Notes: generated by a model not told the origin, from the letters alone. A stretch of DNA of 64,000 bases from Candidatus Bathyarchaeota archaeon (GCA_963697165.1 CAVOMX010000001.1:15994-79993); one strand, 5' to 3'. Numbered from the stretch's first letter, positions 1-12,086 are shown. Made by a program: numbers and translations.

Positions 1-572
1 CACACATTCAGGATGGCAAAAGCAGTAGTTGAAGGAGTCAAAGAGGCAGGCGGTGAACCAATTCTCAAACAGGCTGCCGAGCTTGTTCCTGAAGAATACT
101 GGAGTGAAACGGTAAAAGAAAAAAAGAACTGATGAAGGATATTTCTGTCGCCGATTCACGAAACGACCTTAAAGAAATTGACGACATAATCGTGGACACT
201 CCAACTCGTTTTGGCAACATGTGCACTCAGATGAGAAACTTTTGGAACCAGACAGGAGGCGAACGGCAAACAATACTCTCGTCGGCAAACCCGGGGCAGT
301 TTTCGTAGGATCCAACACACAGCACGGCGGACAAGAAACCACTATAATCTCAGCTCATCTACCACTTCTGTATCATGGCTGCGTTATAGTTGGTTTGCCT
401 TACACATTCAAAGAGCAGACAACAATTGAAGAAATTACGGAGGGGTTCACCATACGGAGCTTCAACTATTGCAGGCCCAATCGGAGAACGCATGCCCACA
501 GTTAACGAACTGAAAATGGCAAAAGGACTAGGAAAACACCTAACAACAATAGCAAAGAAACTATCAGCCTAA
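1..572 (+). CDS. wrbA: NAD(P)H:quinone oxidoreductase WrbA (5'-truncated by window, frameshifted)
   Basis: Pieces in different frames: [48 protein letters not shown]. Confidence 0.85.
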
Positions 573-591
573 AACAAAGAATTGAATCTGC

Positions 592-1503
592 TCAAAACTT
601 CAGTGCAGCAATGGCATTCTTTACTTTGGCAACGGATTTCTCAAAAAGCATCTTAGACTCGGCGGATAGTTTAAGTTCAACAATTCTTTCAACACCATTT
701 TTTCCCAAAACAACAGGAACACCAATAGAAACAGCAGAGCAACTATATTCTCCTTCGGGGCACGTGGAAACGCTCATCACACGGTTTCTTCCCTTCAGGA
801 CAGCGTCCGCCATCAATGCAATAACTGCGCCGGGAGCGTAAGTGGTAGCGCCCTTAAGCTGTATTACATCAGCACCAGACGTTCTCGTTTTGTTAACGAT
901 CTTATTGATTCGATTTTTTGACAGCAGGGTAGTGATAGGTATTCCCGAGACACAAGCATACTCGACCAGAGGAACCATAGACTCGCCATGCTCGCCAATA
1001 ACCAAGCCGTAAGTATCTTCTCTTGAAACGCCAAGTTCTTGAGCAATATAAGAACGGAAACGAAGCGTGTCAAGAATGTTTCCCATACCGAAAACGTGGT
1101 TTGGAGGCAAACCCGATTCTTTGCGTGCAATAAAGGTCATCACATCAACAGGATTTGTAACAATCATGAGTTTGCAGTCTGGCGCGTAACGTGCAACTTC
1201 TTTAACTACCGAACGAATGACCTTAGCATTGATGTTCATAAGGTCTATTCGGGTCATACCCGGCTTTCTGCCTAGACCAGCAATAACGATAACAAGCTCA
1301 GAGCCCTCCATTTCTCTAAAGTCGTCGGTTCCCTGAATTGTTCCATCAAACTCGATGGCGGGTGCAGCCTGCATCATATCCAAAGCCTCACCCTTTGCCA
1401 AATCCGCGTTAAGATCAATGAGAACTAGATCACTTATTCGATCTTTCAGGATATCAAAGGCGGCTGTGCTGCCAACTTTTCCAGCACCAACAATAGTTAT
1501 CAT
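592..1503 (-). CDS. mdh: Malate dehydrogenase (LDH-like family)
   Basis: GAGKVG, RKPGMTR loop, NPVD, LDTLR, GEHG. Confidence 0.9.
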   Translation of the reverse strand: MITIVGAGKVGSTAAFDILKDRISDLVLIDLNADLAKGEALDMMQAAPAIEFDGTIQGTDDFREMEGSELVIVIAGLGRKPGMTRIDLMNINAKVIRSVVKEVARYAPDCKLMIVTNPVDVMTFIARKESGLPPNHVFGMGNILDTLRFRSYIAQELGVSREDTYGLVIGEHGESMVPLVEYACVSGIPITTLLSKNRINKIVNKTRTSGADVIQLKGATTYAPGAVIALMADAVLKGRNRVMSVSTCPEGEYSCSAVSIGVPVVLGKNGVERIVELKLSAESKMLFEKSVAKVKNAIAALKF

Positions 1504-1675
1504 CAAAAACCCCCAGAGGATAAGTTGTGTTTCGAGACTAAAGTATTTTTTTGATTGTGTTCAATGAAACTAGAGTATATTCAAGATGTCTCATGCAAAT
1601 CCAAGGGGGTTAGCTTTACGGCAAGTTTTGAGAATAAACGTTTTTACTTGATGGCGTCATGCATCTGTTGTTGGG

Positions 1676-2524
1676 TTGGTCTGTTTGAGGATCGGTTTTC
1701 ATGTCTCAATTCATGGTTCTATTGATACATCAGTGGACAGAGCAGCAGAATTGGGATGCAACACCTTCCAAATTTTTACGAGAAACCCCAGACAATGGCA
1801 TTCAGCAAAACTTGCCCCAGAGACGGCTCAAGTCTTCTCTGATAAAGTGAAGAGGTATGGCATAGAAACTGTTTTTGCTCATATGCCTTACCTTCCGAAT
1901 TTGGCGTCTCCCAAAGACGAAGTCTACGAAAAATCCGTGAAGACTCTCATGTCAGAACTTGAAAGATGCAGACAACTAGATATTCCATACTTGGTAACTC
2001 ATCTGGGTAGCCACGTTGGAGCAGGCATGCAGACGGGTTTCACACGATTAATCAACGGCCTCAACCAAGGTCTCAACAGTGCAGACGGAGACGTCATGCT
2101 TCTACTCGAAAACACAGCAGGAACAAAGAACAGCATGGGAAGCTCCTTCGAGGACATCCAGCACATAATCGAACAAATAGCTCATCCAGAACTTGTTGGA
2201 GTGTGCTTTGATACTAGCCACGCCTTTGCTGCGGGGTATGACCTCAGAACTCAGGTAACTGTGGAAACAACAATCAAAAAGATTGATGATGTAATCGGTT
2301 TTGATAGGATTAAACTTGTTCACCTTAATGACTCGAAGGGAGACTTGAACTCCCGCATAGACCGCCACGAACACATAGGCATGGGAAAGATTGGGGAAGA
2401 AGGATTCAGAAACTTGTTAGTAAGCAGGCTGGGCAAGTTGCCTCTGATAATGGAAACGCCTAAAGATGCTAGACGCAGCGACGTTGGCAATCTAGAGAAA
2501 GTGAAAGAATTGGCTGTTGCGTAG
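1676..2524 (+). CDS. nfo: Endonuclease IV
   Basis: HMPYLPNL, LLENTAG, CFDTSH, HLNDSK, DRHEHIG, METP. Confidence 0.95.
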   Translation: MVCLRIGFHVSIHGSIDTSVDRAAELGCNTFQIFTRNPRQWHSAKLAPETAQVFSDKVKRYGIETVFAHMPYLPNLASPKDEVYEKSVKTLMSELERCRQLDIPYLVTHLGSHVGAGMQTGFTRLINGLNQGLNSADGDVMLLLENTAGTKNSMGSSFEDIQHIIEQIAHPELVGVCFDTSHAFAAGYDLRTQVTVETTIKKIDDVIGFDRIKLVHLNDSKGDLNSRIDRHEHIGMGKIGEEGFRNLLVSRLGKLPLIMETPKDARRSDVGNLEKVKELAVA

Positions 2525-3670
2525 TTATGTTCGTTGTTCGATTGGAACAACCTTTTTTCCAAATTCGCCAGTATATTTTGATGTTGGACGAATAAGAACT
2601 GCATCTACATACTGCTCCAGCACATGAGCAACCCATCCGGTTACTCTGCTACAAGCAAAGAATGACGTGAAAAATTCTCGGGGAAAGCCCAAGGCATGCA
2701 TGACTAATGCCGCATAAAAGTCCACATTAGGAAAAATTCCCTTCTTGTCAAGGACAGTCAGCTCAATCTTTTTGCATTTATTGTAGATAGGCAAAGTGTC
2801 TTTCTGATAGCACAGCCTTTCAGCTATCACTCTAAGATGTTTTGACCGTGGGTCCTCGGCGTTATAAACACGGTGACCAAAACCCATGATTTTCTTTTTG
2901 TCATCCAGCATGCTCTGTATATATTGTTCTACTTCATCGAGGCTGTTTATTTCATAGAGCATACTCATCACCTTTTCGCTAGCTCCACCATGAAGCGACC
3001 CCTTGAGTGTCCCAACTGCAGAAGTCACAGTAGAGTATAGGTCTGAACCAGTTCCGGCGGTCACGCGAGCAGCAAAAGTAGAAGCATTAAGTCCGTGATC
3101 CGCATGCAGTATCATATAGCGTTCCATGGCGTTTTTTTCTTGTTGATCTACTGGTCTTCCTTGGAACATGTAAAGAATGTTTTCAGCAAAACTGAATTCT
3201 TTAACTGGAGCAACGGCATCCTGTTTTGTGCGGGTTCTATAAATAAACGAAATTATTGTAGGAAGTTTAGCTATTATCCGAATGGCGCGTCGTTTGTTTG
3301 CAGCATCTGAAGTATCATCTGGTTCTGGGTCAAATTCTCCAAGATGAGAAATTTCGGTGCGCAAAATTTCCATTGGATGGCAAGCAGTTGAAGCAGTTTG
3401 TATTCGTTGTACAACTTGTTTAGGTAATCGCATGCCAGAGAAAAGATCTGATTTAAGGTTACTTAGTTCGGTTTGTGTAGGCAACTTGTTGTTTAGCAAA
3501 AGGTAAACTACTTCTTCATATGTTGTTTGATCCACCAAATCGTCGATATTATAGCCTGAATAATAAAGTGCACCAAGTGGATCTACAAAACTTATTCGCG
3601 TTGTAGCGGCCGTAACACCCCTAAGTCCTCTGATTACAACTCGTTCATGGTTTTCATCTGTCATGCTCAT
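2525..3670 (-). CDS. Citrate/2-methylcitrate synthase
   Basis: HADHGLNAST, LHGGA, MGFGHRVY, PNVDFY. Confidence 0.93.
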   Translation of the reverse strand: MSMTDENHERVVIRGLRGVTAATTRISFVDPLGALYYSGYNIDDLVDQTTYEEVVYLLLNNKLPTQTELSNLKSDLFSGMRLPKQVVQRIQTASTACHPMEILRTEISHLGEFDPEPDDTSDAANKRRAIRIIAKLPTIISFIYRTRTKQDAVAPVKEFSFAENILYMFQGRPVDQQEKNAMERYMILHADHGLNASTFAARVTAGTGSDLYSTVTSAVGTLKGSLHGGASEKVMSMLYEINSLDEVEQYIQSMLDDKKKIMGFGHRVYNAEDPRSKHLRVIAERLCYQKDTLPIYNKCKKIELTVLDKKGIFPNVDFYAALVMHALGFPREFFTSFFACSRVTGWVAHVLEQYVDAVLIRPTSKYTGEFGKKVVPIEQRT

Positions 3671-3846
3671 CAGCTAAGTTCTCAGATATTCTTTGACAAA
3701 ATTTCGTGTACAACTAGATTAAGGTTTTCTCCAAATAACACTAACGTTAATGCATTAACAATACGCGCCAAAACAGAACCCTACACATTATGCCATCAAG
3801 TTCCCTAAAAAAGGGGAAAAGTATTAGCCTGCAATGGTTAACTCAT

Positions 3847-4056
3847 ATGAACGAGGATAGGCAGTTGCAGATTAGAACAGTTGCAGCAATTATTGTTTGG
3901 GTTGTAGTTGCGTTACTCTTGCTGAATAGGGTCTTAAGGTCCCAATGGGTGTTGCCGATATCAATTGCTTTGACGATAATTGCAATTCTAGTTTACTTTA
4001 GTCCACGTCTAAGGAAAGAAAAAAAATCATACACAAAAGAGGCTGAATTAGCCTAA
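3847..4056 (+). CDS. Small two-TM membrane protein
   Basis: Two hydrophobic stretches, basic C-terminus. Confidence 0.55.
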   Translation: MNEDRQLQIRTVAAIIVWVVVALLLLNRVLRSQWVLPISIALTIIAILVYFSPRLRKEKKSYTKEAELA

Positions 4057-4263
4057 ATCATAACATTCACAGGCTCCAGGTTAGGAGGACAACAAATACC
4101 GCAACAGATTACAGACATGGTATCGACTATGTCAGCGGCTCTACTCGGGGGTGGATTACCAGACACAATCAATTCCAGCGGAAACACAGTGATAAGCTGT
4201 GGTTTAGGAATTGGTCCATACCTGTTTATCGTTGCGCCTGCAATAAAGATCATTGCGGAGTAG
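4056..4263 (+). pseudogene. Start-less C-terminal fragment of a membrane protein
   Basis: Open frame IITFTGSRLGGQQIPQQ...GLGIGPYLFIVAPAIKIIAE* with no 5' part. Confidence 0.35.
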
Positions 4264-4338
4264 TACTTAGACAAATCAAAGTTCCAGAAACAGAGAAAAT
4301 AAAAACGGTTGAAAACCAAAAAAATCTGGTTTTCTTTT

Positions 4339-4641
4339 TTAGCAAATCATTAGGGGAATGTTGCTTTCGCTAGTTATATGCAGGGCTTTGTCGACTTCGT
4401 TGAAGTATTTAACTACTGTTCTTCCTTTTTCTGTGATGGCGTATCGAACTTTTGTCTGGTTTCTTCTCTTAACTGTAACCTGTTCCTCGATTAGATTCTG
4501 TTCAATCATAAAATCCAAGTTCTGCTTTAGGACGCTACAGTTAACATTTGCCTTATACATGACGTGAGTTAATTTCATTGGCCCATTCTGCACCATAACC
4601 TTGAGGATATCGATATACATTTCCATTTTCGATCTTCGCAT
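4339..4641 (-). CDS. Archaeal winged-helix transcription regulator
   Basis: RRSKMEMYIDIL...LTHVMYKANVN...YAITEKG. Confidence 0.85.
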   Translation of the reverse strand: MRRSKMEMYIDILKVMVQNGPMKLTHVMYKANVNCSVLKQNLDFMIEQNLIEEQVTVKRRNQTKVRYAITEKGRTVVKYFNEVDKALHITSESNIPLMIC

Positions 4642-5144
4642 ATTTGATTAAACCTCTAACATTAGACTATTGGCACGTAAAGAAGCAAATTTTTCAGTTT
4701 TTGAATGTCTAAAAATCATGCCTCTCCTTTTACGTGAGTAGTCAGTTACTTACAACAGTTTTGCCTAAAAGGTTTGTTAAGTCTATAAGATATACCAACA
4801 TGTTATGTTTCTTGATGTTTCACAGTCTTTTCCTGAACAAGAGGGGCAATGCTTAAAGAAAAATGTGTAAGAACATAAGCAAAAAATTGCCACAAAAACA
4901 GCAAAACACTCACGGTTTAGTTTCATTGCACATTTAATTGTTTGCGCAGAAACACGCTTTCTCATCAGAAAGCCCATAAATATTGTAGTAGAAATATTGT
5001 AAAAAGTCAGCTAGACTTGCTGCGTTAACAGAGAAATAGTATTCAACGTTCCATCAGCGGGAGGTTAGACACCAGATTACATTCAAAGATGTGCACAAAT
5101 GGTTTATGTGATATCCCATTGTCTGTTTTTCAAGTGAAACCCTG

Positions 5145-6386
5145 TTGGCGATTCTAGCTAGGCTAAAAGATGAATTCTCGTTCATAAAAGGTAACATACT
5201 AATAAATACAGTTTCACTGACGCTAATCCTAATTGCAGCAGCCATACCTTACACATACTACCCCAAATACATTGAAGGCTTAGGAGGCGACGCATATATT
5301 TTAGGCATCATCAGCCTTGTTTCTAACATTGCTCTGGCACTAGTCCAATTTCCTGGAGGCTACCTTGCAGACAGACACGGACGAAGAACGCTAATATACA
5401 CCATGACTTTCGCATTTTCGGTAACCTACTTTTTGTTCGCAATAGCCCCCAACTGGCAATTCTTTATGATAGTCTCTGTAATCCAAAGCACATTTCTCAT
5501 ATATCGGCCAGCCCTTCAAGCTCTCGTATCTGATTCATCACCTCCAGAAAAAAGGGGATTAAGTTTTTCTATCATCAACCTTCTTCACTACGTTTCATTT
5601 CCTTCACCACTAATTGCTGGTATATTACTGGTCAACTTTGGGTTAGTTCCAGCAATGAGAATAGCTTACATGGCATTAACAGGGGCATTCTTTGTAGCCG
5701 CCATTTTGAGGATGAGATTCAAAGAAACAGTAGAGAAAACCAAAGAAGGAATCTCCGTAACTGAAACATTCAAAAATTTTCCCACATCAGTAATGGAAAG
5801 CATGAGGACACTGAAAAACTCCTCTCGCGCAACGTTATCTTTGGTTACAACTTTTGCAATCTATAACTTTGCTTGGTTCACATGTTCGGTATACATGATT
5901 CTCTACGCAACAGACCCAGACATATTGAATATTGGAGATTTCAATTGGGCATTATTAATGACATGGTATTCGATAGTTAACATGATATCGGCTTTGCCTT
6001 GTGGCAAAATTATTGACAAGTTCGGACGAAAGAAGCCTCTTATTGTAGCTTGGTTACTTTTCATACCTGCAATGATTGGTTTTGTTTATGGAACTTTCAT
6101 AATCCTTGCAGCATGTTACCTATTGTTAGGTGTTGCATTAATTCTGACAAACACGGCATATCCAGCATTACTTGCAGACCTTGTAGCCCGCGATAAGCGT
6201 GGAAAAATTATAGGAAGCACAAACTTCTTTTTCATTATCCTAAATGGGTTAGGTGGATTCGCTGGCGGTTACATGTACACGTATGTGTCTCCTGCTCTGC
6301 CTTTTTTTCTCGCGGCAGTCCTGTTTGTTCCATGTATAGTTATAACAATCTTCAAAGTGCACGAGCCAACCAACAGAGAAGTATAG
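5145..6386 (+). CDS. MFS transporter
   Basis: About 12 TM segments; GGYLADRHGRR and GKIIDKFGRK motifs. Confidence 0.92.
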   Translation: MAILARLKDEFSFIKGNILINTVSLTLILIAAAIPYTYYPKYIEGLGGDAYILGIISLVSNIALALVQFPGGYLADRHGRRTLIYTMTFAFSVTYFLFAIAPNWQFFMIVSVIQSTFLIYRPALQALVSDSSPPEKRGLSFSIINLLHYVSFPSPLIAGILLVNFGLVPAMRIAYMALTGAFFVAAILRMRFKETVEKTKEGISVTETFKNFPTSVMESMRTLKNSSRATLSLVTTFAIYNFAWFTCSVYMILYATDPDILNIGDFNWALLMTWYSIVNMISALPCGKIIDKFGRKKPLIVAWLLFIPAMIGFVYGTFIILAACYLLLGVALILTNTAYPALLADLVARDKRGKIIGSTNFFFIILNGLGGFAGGYMYTYVSPALPFFLAAVLFVPCIVITIFKVHEPTNREV

Positions 6387-6427
6387 AGCTCTTCACGTAC
6401 AATTACGGCTTATTCCTAACCCAGTAT

Positions 6428-7160
6428 CTACAAGAAACCTGTGGATTTTAGTTCATCAACAGTTACTTTTCCATTATGTAACACAGTGGCGACCAATGCA
6501 CCAGAAACCCCTAGGCTTCTTAGATCCTCCAGTTCGTAGAGGCTTTTTATTCCTCCGCCAACCAGCAAGTCAACTCCGGTCTGTTCAAGAATGGTTCTAA
6601 TGAGACTCAAGTTGATTCCATGTTCAGTTCCCACACGGTCTAAATCCAAGAGAATAATCTGGCGAACACCAACGCCTGCAAGTTTTTTTCCAAACGAAAC
6701 GGCTTCCATTGAAGCGATAGCCTCTGAGTCACTAAGCAATTTTCCTTTTTTCTGGTCTATGCTTACTACAATCTTATCTTCGCCAAAGGTGCCTACGGCT
6801 TGGCTCACAAAATCTAAACTTTTCAAAGTTTCAGAGCCTATCACAATCTTTGACACATTGGTCTTGAACACATTTTTCTGCTTTGGTGATGTCTGATATT
6901 CCGGCATCGACCATCAAATCAAGACAGGTTGTTGTCATAATCTTGCTGTATACACTGAAATTAGCTGATTTGCCTAGTATTGCATCCAAGTCTGCCAGAT
7001 ACAAGCTGCTAAAGCCCAACGACTCAAAGGCGGCGGCAATTTCCAGCGGGTCAGTAGACTTGCATAGAAGGCTTTTTAATGGCTGGTAATGTCTTCTTTC
7101 GCCTCGTATGCCATGAACTGCAATACCATTTAAAACGTCAATTACGGGAATAATTTTCAT
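6428..7160 (-). CDS. HisA/HisF-related TIM-barrel protein (C1-cofactor associated), frameshifted
   Basis: IIPVIDVLNGIAVHG, YLADLDAI, LDLDRVGT, VGGGI; ORFs 6831-7160 and 6428-6907 join. Confidence 0.85.
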
Positions 7161-7203
7161 TATGGTTCACTGTATAACAAAGGAGATAATGCGGGGGTAA
7201 AGT

Positions 7204-8424
7204 TTGAATCTTTTGATATTTGAGTATGTTTCCGGAGGCGGATACTCCAATCAGAAACTTTCAAGCAGCATCCTCAGTGAAGCATATGGCATGTTACGAA
7301 GCTTAATCTCAGACTGCAAAGCCGCAGGAGATAACGTTACAACCTTGATGGATTCAAGACTAATGGCGTTTAATCCGCCAAACGAAGCAGACAAAATAGT
7401 CCTTGTATCTTCTACATACGAAGTTGATGAGAAACTAAAGGAGATTTCAAGTTTGGTTGACGCCGTTTACGTTATCGCCCCAGAGTCAGGTCAAGTGCTA
7501 GAAAAACTGCTGGAAACCATTGAAGCTTCTGGCGGAACATCACTCAACTGCGAAATCGACGCCATAAAACGGGTTTCAAACAAGATTACAGCTCACAGGA
7601 GATTAGAGCAAACTGGCTTGAAGGTTCCAGAAACAGTTCTGTTAGACATTCACACAAAAACAGAAAAGATTAGACATTTAGTCAAAGAGTTGGGATACCC
7701 TCTAGTCTTTAAGCCATTAGATGGTTCAAGCTGTGGCGGCTTGAGCCTTGTAAAAGATGAAAACAAAATAGCTGGCGCAGTCAAGAAAATATCGCAAGAG
7801 TCGATGAGCAGCCAGTTTATTGCTCAAAAACTAATCAAGGGAAAGGCTGCCAGCGCATGTGTAATCTCGACAGGAAACAAAACCGTGGCTGTCACATTGA
7901 ACAGTCAACGGGTTACTTTGGCGCCACCCGATAAGGAATCCACATATGATGGCGGAGAAGTTCCATTCAATCACCACCTAGAAAAAGAGGCAATGAAGGC
8001 TGCAGAAATGGCTGTTGAAGCGGTGAGTGGACTGAAGGGTTATGTTGGTGTAGACATGATACTAACAGAGGAGAAACCTGTCGTGATTGAAGTAAACCCG
8101 CGGCTTACAACATCATATATTGGCTTGAAGAGAATCGCAAACTTCAACACAGCAGAAGCAATAGCCGATGCGGTAATTAGGCGAAAGCTGCCAACAAACT
8201 TGCAAACTAAAGGTTACACGTTCTTCTCCAAAGTAGAGGTTCCCTCATGCCTTCATGTTGTCGCTGAAACATACAAACTAAAAGATGTTGTGTCCCCCCC
8301 ATTTCCGACCGAAGAAAAGACAGCTTATGCTCTAATTGCCTCAGTCTCAAGCAGTCCTACGGGTGCTCAATCAGCTTTTTATCGAACAAAAAAACGTCTT
8401 CTATCGCTCTACAGAGGTGATTGA
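7204..8424 (+). CDS. mfnD: ATP-grasp ligase, tyramine--L-glutamate ligase-like
   Basis: IFEYVSGGG, IAPES, KPLDG, GYVGVD, IEVNPRLTTSY; mfn gene context. Confidence 0.75.
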   Translation: MNLLIFEYVSGGGYSNQKLSSSILSEAYGMLRSLISDCKAAGDNVTTLMDSRLMAFNPPNEADKIVLVSSTYEVDEKLKEISSLVDAVYVIAPESGQVLEKLLETIEASGGTSLNCEIDAIKRVSNKITAHRRLEQTGLKVPETVLLDIHTKTEKIRHLVKELGYPLVFKPLDGSSCGGLSLVKDENKIAGAVKKISQESMSSQFIAQKLIKGKAASACVISTGNKTVAVTLNSQRVTLAPPDKESTYDGGEVPFNHHLEKEAMKAAEMAVEAVSGLKGYVGVDMILTEEKPVVIEVNPRLTTSYIGLKRIANFNTAEAIADAVIRRKLPTNLQTKGYTFFSKVEVPSCLHVVAETYKLKDVVSPPFPTEEKTAYALIASVSSSPTGAQSAFYRTKKRLLSLYRGD

Positions 8425-8426
8425 GT

Positions 8427-9505
8427 TTGGTAAACGGTTCTTGGCTTAGACATAGGAGGAGCAAACACCAAAGCAACTTTGCTAATTACCCAAAACGCTA
8501 CAACCAAAAAACTTAGAACGTTACTAGAGTATTTTCCGATATGGAAAGATGGAAAGAATCAGCTTCCAAAAGTTCTAGAGAAACTGAAGAAAAAACTTAC
8601 GAACTCGACTGTGCTGGATGGAGTTGGGGTTACGATAACTGCCGAGCTGTCAGATGCTTACATGACAAAAAAAGAGGGAATACATCACGTTTTAGATTGT
8701 GTATGCCAAGTTTTTGGTGAGGTGCCACTTTTTGTTCTTGACGTGGAAGCTAACCTATTATCAGTTGAAGAAGCACACAGAGAACCGATTAGGGTAGCAT
8801 CTGCAAACTGGGCTGCAACAGGATGGATAACAAAGCAATCAATCAAAAACTGTATTGTTGTAGATGTCGGAAGCACCACAACAAGCATCATCCCAATCGT
8901 TAACGGAAAGATAGCTGCCAAGGGCAGAACAGACCTTGAGAAGCTTCAGAATGGAGAACTTGTTTACTCTGGATCTTTGCGAACAAACGTTGCCACAATC
9001 GTCAACTTCATCCCAGTTCGAGATATGATGACACGGGTTTCCTCAGAGTTGTTCTCGCAGTCAGGCGATGTCCACCTGCTTCTAGGCAACATAAACGAAG
9101 AAGAGTATACTTCTGAGACCTGTGATGATCGCGGAAAAACAAGAAGGGAAGCAGCAGCTAGGTTAGCGCGAGTAGTCTGCACCGACACAGACATGCTAAC
9201 AGAACAGGAGATAATGGATGTGGCAAAATTTGTTTACGCCAAGCAAGTTGAGCAGATTGCGTGTGGCTTAAAGCAGGTAAGTGAAAGAATTAAGCCTGAA
9301 CTCAGAAAAAAGACGGCTGTGGTTACGGGGCTTGGAAGAAACTTTCTTGCAAGAAAAGCTGCAGAAAAGGTGGGATTTGAGGATATTGTTGATATGCAGG
9401 AGTCTGCTGGGTGTTGACGCGGCTGTTGTGTCGCCTTCGGTTGGCGTGGCGTTTATGGTCGCAGGTATTTTGGAGGGAAAAACAGTAAAATGGAAGCGGT
9501 CCTGA
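8427..9505 (+). CDS. mfnF: Hydantoinase/oxoprolinase-family methanofuran synthase MfnF, frameshifted at both ends
   Basis: VLGLDIGGANTK, TITAELSD, ASANW, VDVGSTTT, RTN, LARVVC; C-terminus in ORF 9281-9505. Confidence 0.85.
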
Positions 9506-10156
9506 AGGTTGGCGGAAGCTTAGCAGAAGAGCCCACCAGCTTAGTTAGCTTATGTAGAATGTTAAGCGTTCTAGCAAAAGCTCACAGGATAGTTGTTGTG
9601 CCTGGTGGCGGAGAATTCGCCGACACAGTAAGAAGACTACGACAGAACGTATGGTTTCTCAAAGAGAGTTGCCCATCAAATGGCAATACTAGCAATGGAC
9701 CAATACGGACTACTTCTTTCTGATTTTGCCCCAGACTCTTACGTCTCTTACAATCAAGAAGAAATCAGCAGCTCAGTCAAGGGGAAGTTGCCGATTTTTT
9801 TGCCATCAAAGCACATGTTTCATGAAGACCCTCTGGAACACTCATGGAATGTAACCTCGGACACTATAGCCGCTCATATTGCCAGCGTATTACATGCAGA
9901 AAAACTAATTCTAGTAACTGACGTGGACGGAATATTCTCAAAGGACCCCAAACAAAACTGGGATGCCAAATTTATTAAAGAATTGTCTGCAAAAGAACTG
10001 CTTGGCTCGAACATGAGAACAAGCGTCGACAAGACATTACCAAAGATGCTTCTGCAGACAAAACTAGATTGCTACGTCGTTAACGGCAGACAACCAGAAA
10101 GAATTGGACAGCTTCTGGAAAACAAAAAGACCGTTTGCACACACATCACAGTTTAA
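9490..10156 (+). CDS. mfnE: Amino-acid-kinase-family MfnE, frameshifted
   Basis: KVGGSL, VPGGGEFAD, AILAMDQYG, HSWNVTSD, TDVDG. Confidence 0.85.
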
Positions 10157-10166
10157 CAGAGCTAAT

Positions 10167-10884
10167 TCACAATTTGGCGAGCTCATTAACAAACGCCATA
10201 ACTTTCTCTTTTTCAAGTTTGCCAGCTAATCGGTCTTTTTTGGTGCAAACTGCTCCTCTAACCCCAAGGATATCTGCACCTAAACTGTATATTCTTGGAA
10301 TGTCTGGGGTATCTAAAGAGCCTGCGAGGGCAGCCAGCAGATTACAGTCGTGAGCTTGAGTAACAAAATCTCTCAATTGCTCATCTGTGAGGAAACTGAA
10401 CAAGTTATCTTTCATATTCTTATTTTTTACATCAATCAGCACGCCATCAGCTTCCGCCTTATGGGCGATCATGGGAAGTTCCAGAGGACTTACGCATCCA
10501 ACAGTATCTAAAGTCTGCATATCCAGAAGCTATAGCTTTCAAGCCACTGTCATACTCTTTCACCGCTTTAACAACTTCAGTCATAAGCTTCGTTGCTTCT
10601 TCAGAGGTTTTCACGCCAAAAAGCCCAACTTTAACATAGTCAACTCCGGAAACGGCGGCGCCCAAAGCTGCAAGAGAAGCGGTTCCAGGCAGATTAGGTA
10701 AATCTCCTATTGTTGCGCTTACTTCAAGATTTTTTGGTGCAACCTCCCTAACTTGCCGTATTACTCGAGGAAAATTGGCTCCCAAAGAGCCTTCTTTTGG
10801 GTTTTTAACGTCCAGTATATTGGCGCCTCCTCTGATGCTCTCCAAGGCTTCTGTTTTGTCTACGACACTAACTAGAAGTTTCAA
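10167..10884 (-). CDS. mfnB: 4-HFC-P synthase MfnB, frameshifted
   Basis: LLVSV, DVKNPKEGSLGA, VSATIGD, YVKVGL, ALAGSL, GVRGAVC. Confidence 0.92.
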
Positions 10885-11111
10885 TGGAATTCACCCGTTT
10901 GACTTTCTTCAGGTAATTAACTCTTATATGCTTTGAGTTTTTAAAAAGAGCCACTAACAGTTTAGCCATACACTTGCTACGGTTCTTATGCACATAATAT
11001 ACTGGTTTTTGTCATGGATGAACGCATGTTAAGAGAAAACTTAAACTTTCAAAAAACAAGATTATGTGATTATGAAGAACAAAAAGTTGAGGCCAGAACA
11101 CCAAAGACAAG

Positions 11112-11645
11112 ATGGAGGTGGCGATACTTGGCGGCGGATGCTTCTGGTGTATAGAAGCCGCCTTCGAGGAGATACGGGGAGTCTTAAATGTTGAATCAGG
11201 TTACTCTGGCGGAACAACATCGTCGCCAACTTATGAGCAGGTATGCACAGGAACTACAGGACACGCAGAAGTTGTTCAAGTCACATTTGATCCAGAAATT
11301 ATCTCATTCAAAGAGATACTGGAAATTTTTTTCACTGCCCATGACCCAACAACACTAAATAGACAAGGAGCAGACGTGGGCAGCCAGTACCGATCAGCCA
11401 TCTTCTATCAGAATGAGAAACAGAAAGAAACTGCAGAACAGGTTATCAAAGAGCTTGAAGCCGCAAAAGTCTGGGACGCTCCAATAGTAACAAAGGTTGA
11501 GCTGTTCAAAAGCTTCTACAAAGCAGAAGATTACCATAAACGATACTTCGGTCGCCATCCCGATGCTTCATACTGCAGGATAGTTATTGCCCCAAAAATT
11601 GCCAAGCTCAGAAAAAAATATCGTGAAAAACTGAAGAAACAGTAA
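11112..11645 (+). CDS. msrA: Peptide-methionine (S)-S-oxide reductase
   Basis: [29 protein letters not shown]. Confidence 0.95.
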   Translation: MEVAILGGGCFWCIEAAFEEIRGVLNVESGYSGGTTSSPTYEQVCTGTTGHAEVVQVTFDPEIISFKEILEIFFTAHDPTTLNRQGADVGSQYRSAIFYQNEKQKETAEQVIKELEAAKVWDAPIVTKVELFKSFYKAEDYHKRYFGRHPDASYCRIVIAPKIAKLRKKYREKLKKQ

Positions 11646-11686
11646 CGTCTGTATCTGTTGATGTATGTAAACGCCCATTCGAATAT

Positions 11687-11932
11687 CTAACTTCTTTGGA
11701 ACATCACGATTAACCGTTCTATAATAGAGAGGAACAGGGACAAGATGGGCGCGATTGGTCCAAGTCCTTTCACCATGTCTTTGAAGTTGTGCACATCCGC
11801 TTTGGTTATGGCACCCATCAGCGGAGCAGCGACCACATATGATGAGAGAAAGATTACGTCTCCAATAATTACGCCTATGGCTGACACGATTGATGAGACG
11901 ATTAAAACCCAAAAGATGTTGAATACGTCCAT
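11687..11932 (-). CDS. Small membrane protein
   Basis: Hydrophobic 81-aa ORF. Confidence 0.5.
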   Translation of the reverse strand: MDVFNIFWVLIVSSIVSAIGVIIGDVIFLSSYVVAAPLMGAITKADVHNFKDMVKGLGPIAPILSLFLSIIERLIVMFQRS

Positions 11933-12086
11933 GGTTGAAACCTTAGCAATACTTTTTGCTTTACTCAACGAAACGCGTTCTCCTAAACGGGAGTTTTTAC
12001 TATCATACACGTATACTAATAAATTGGTTATCTGAACAGGTTAAACTGAACATGTGTTTTTCTATTTAGGAGAAGGAAAACAAATT

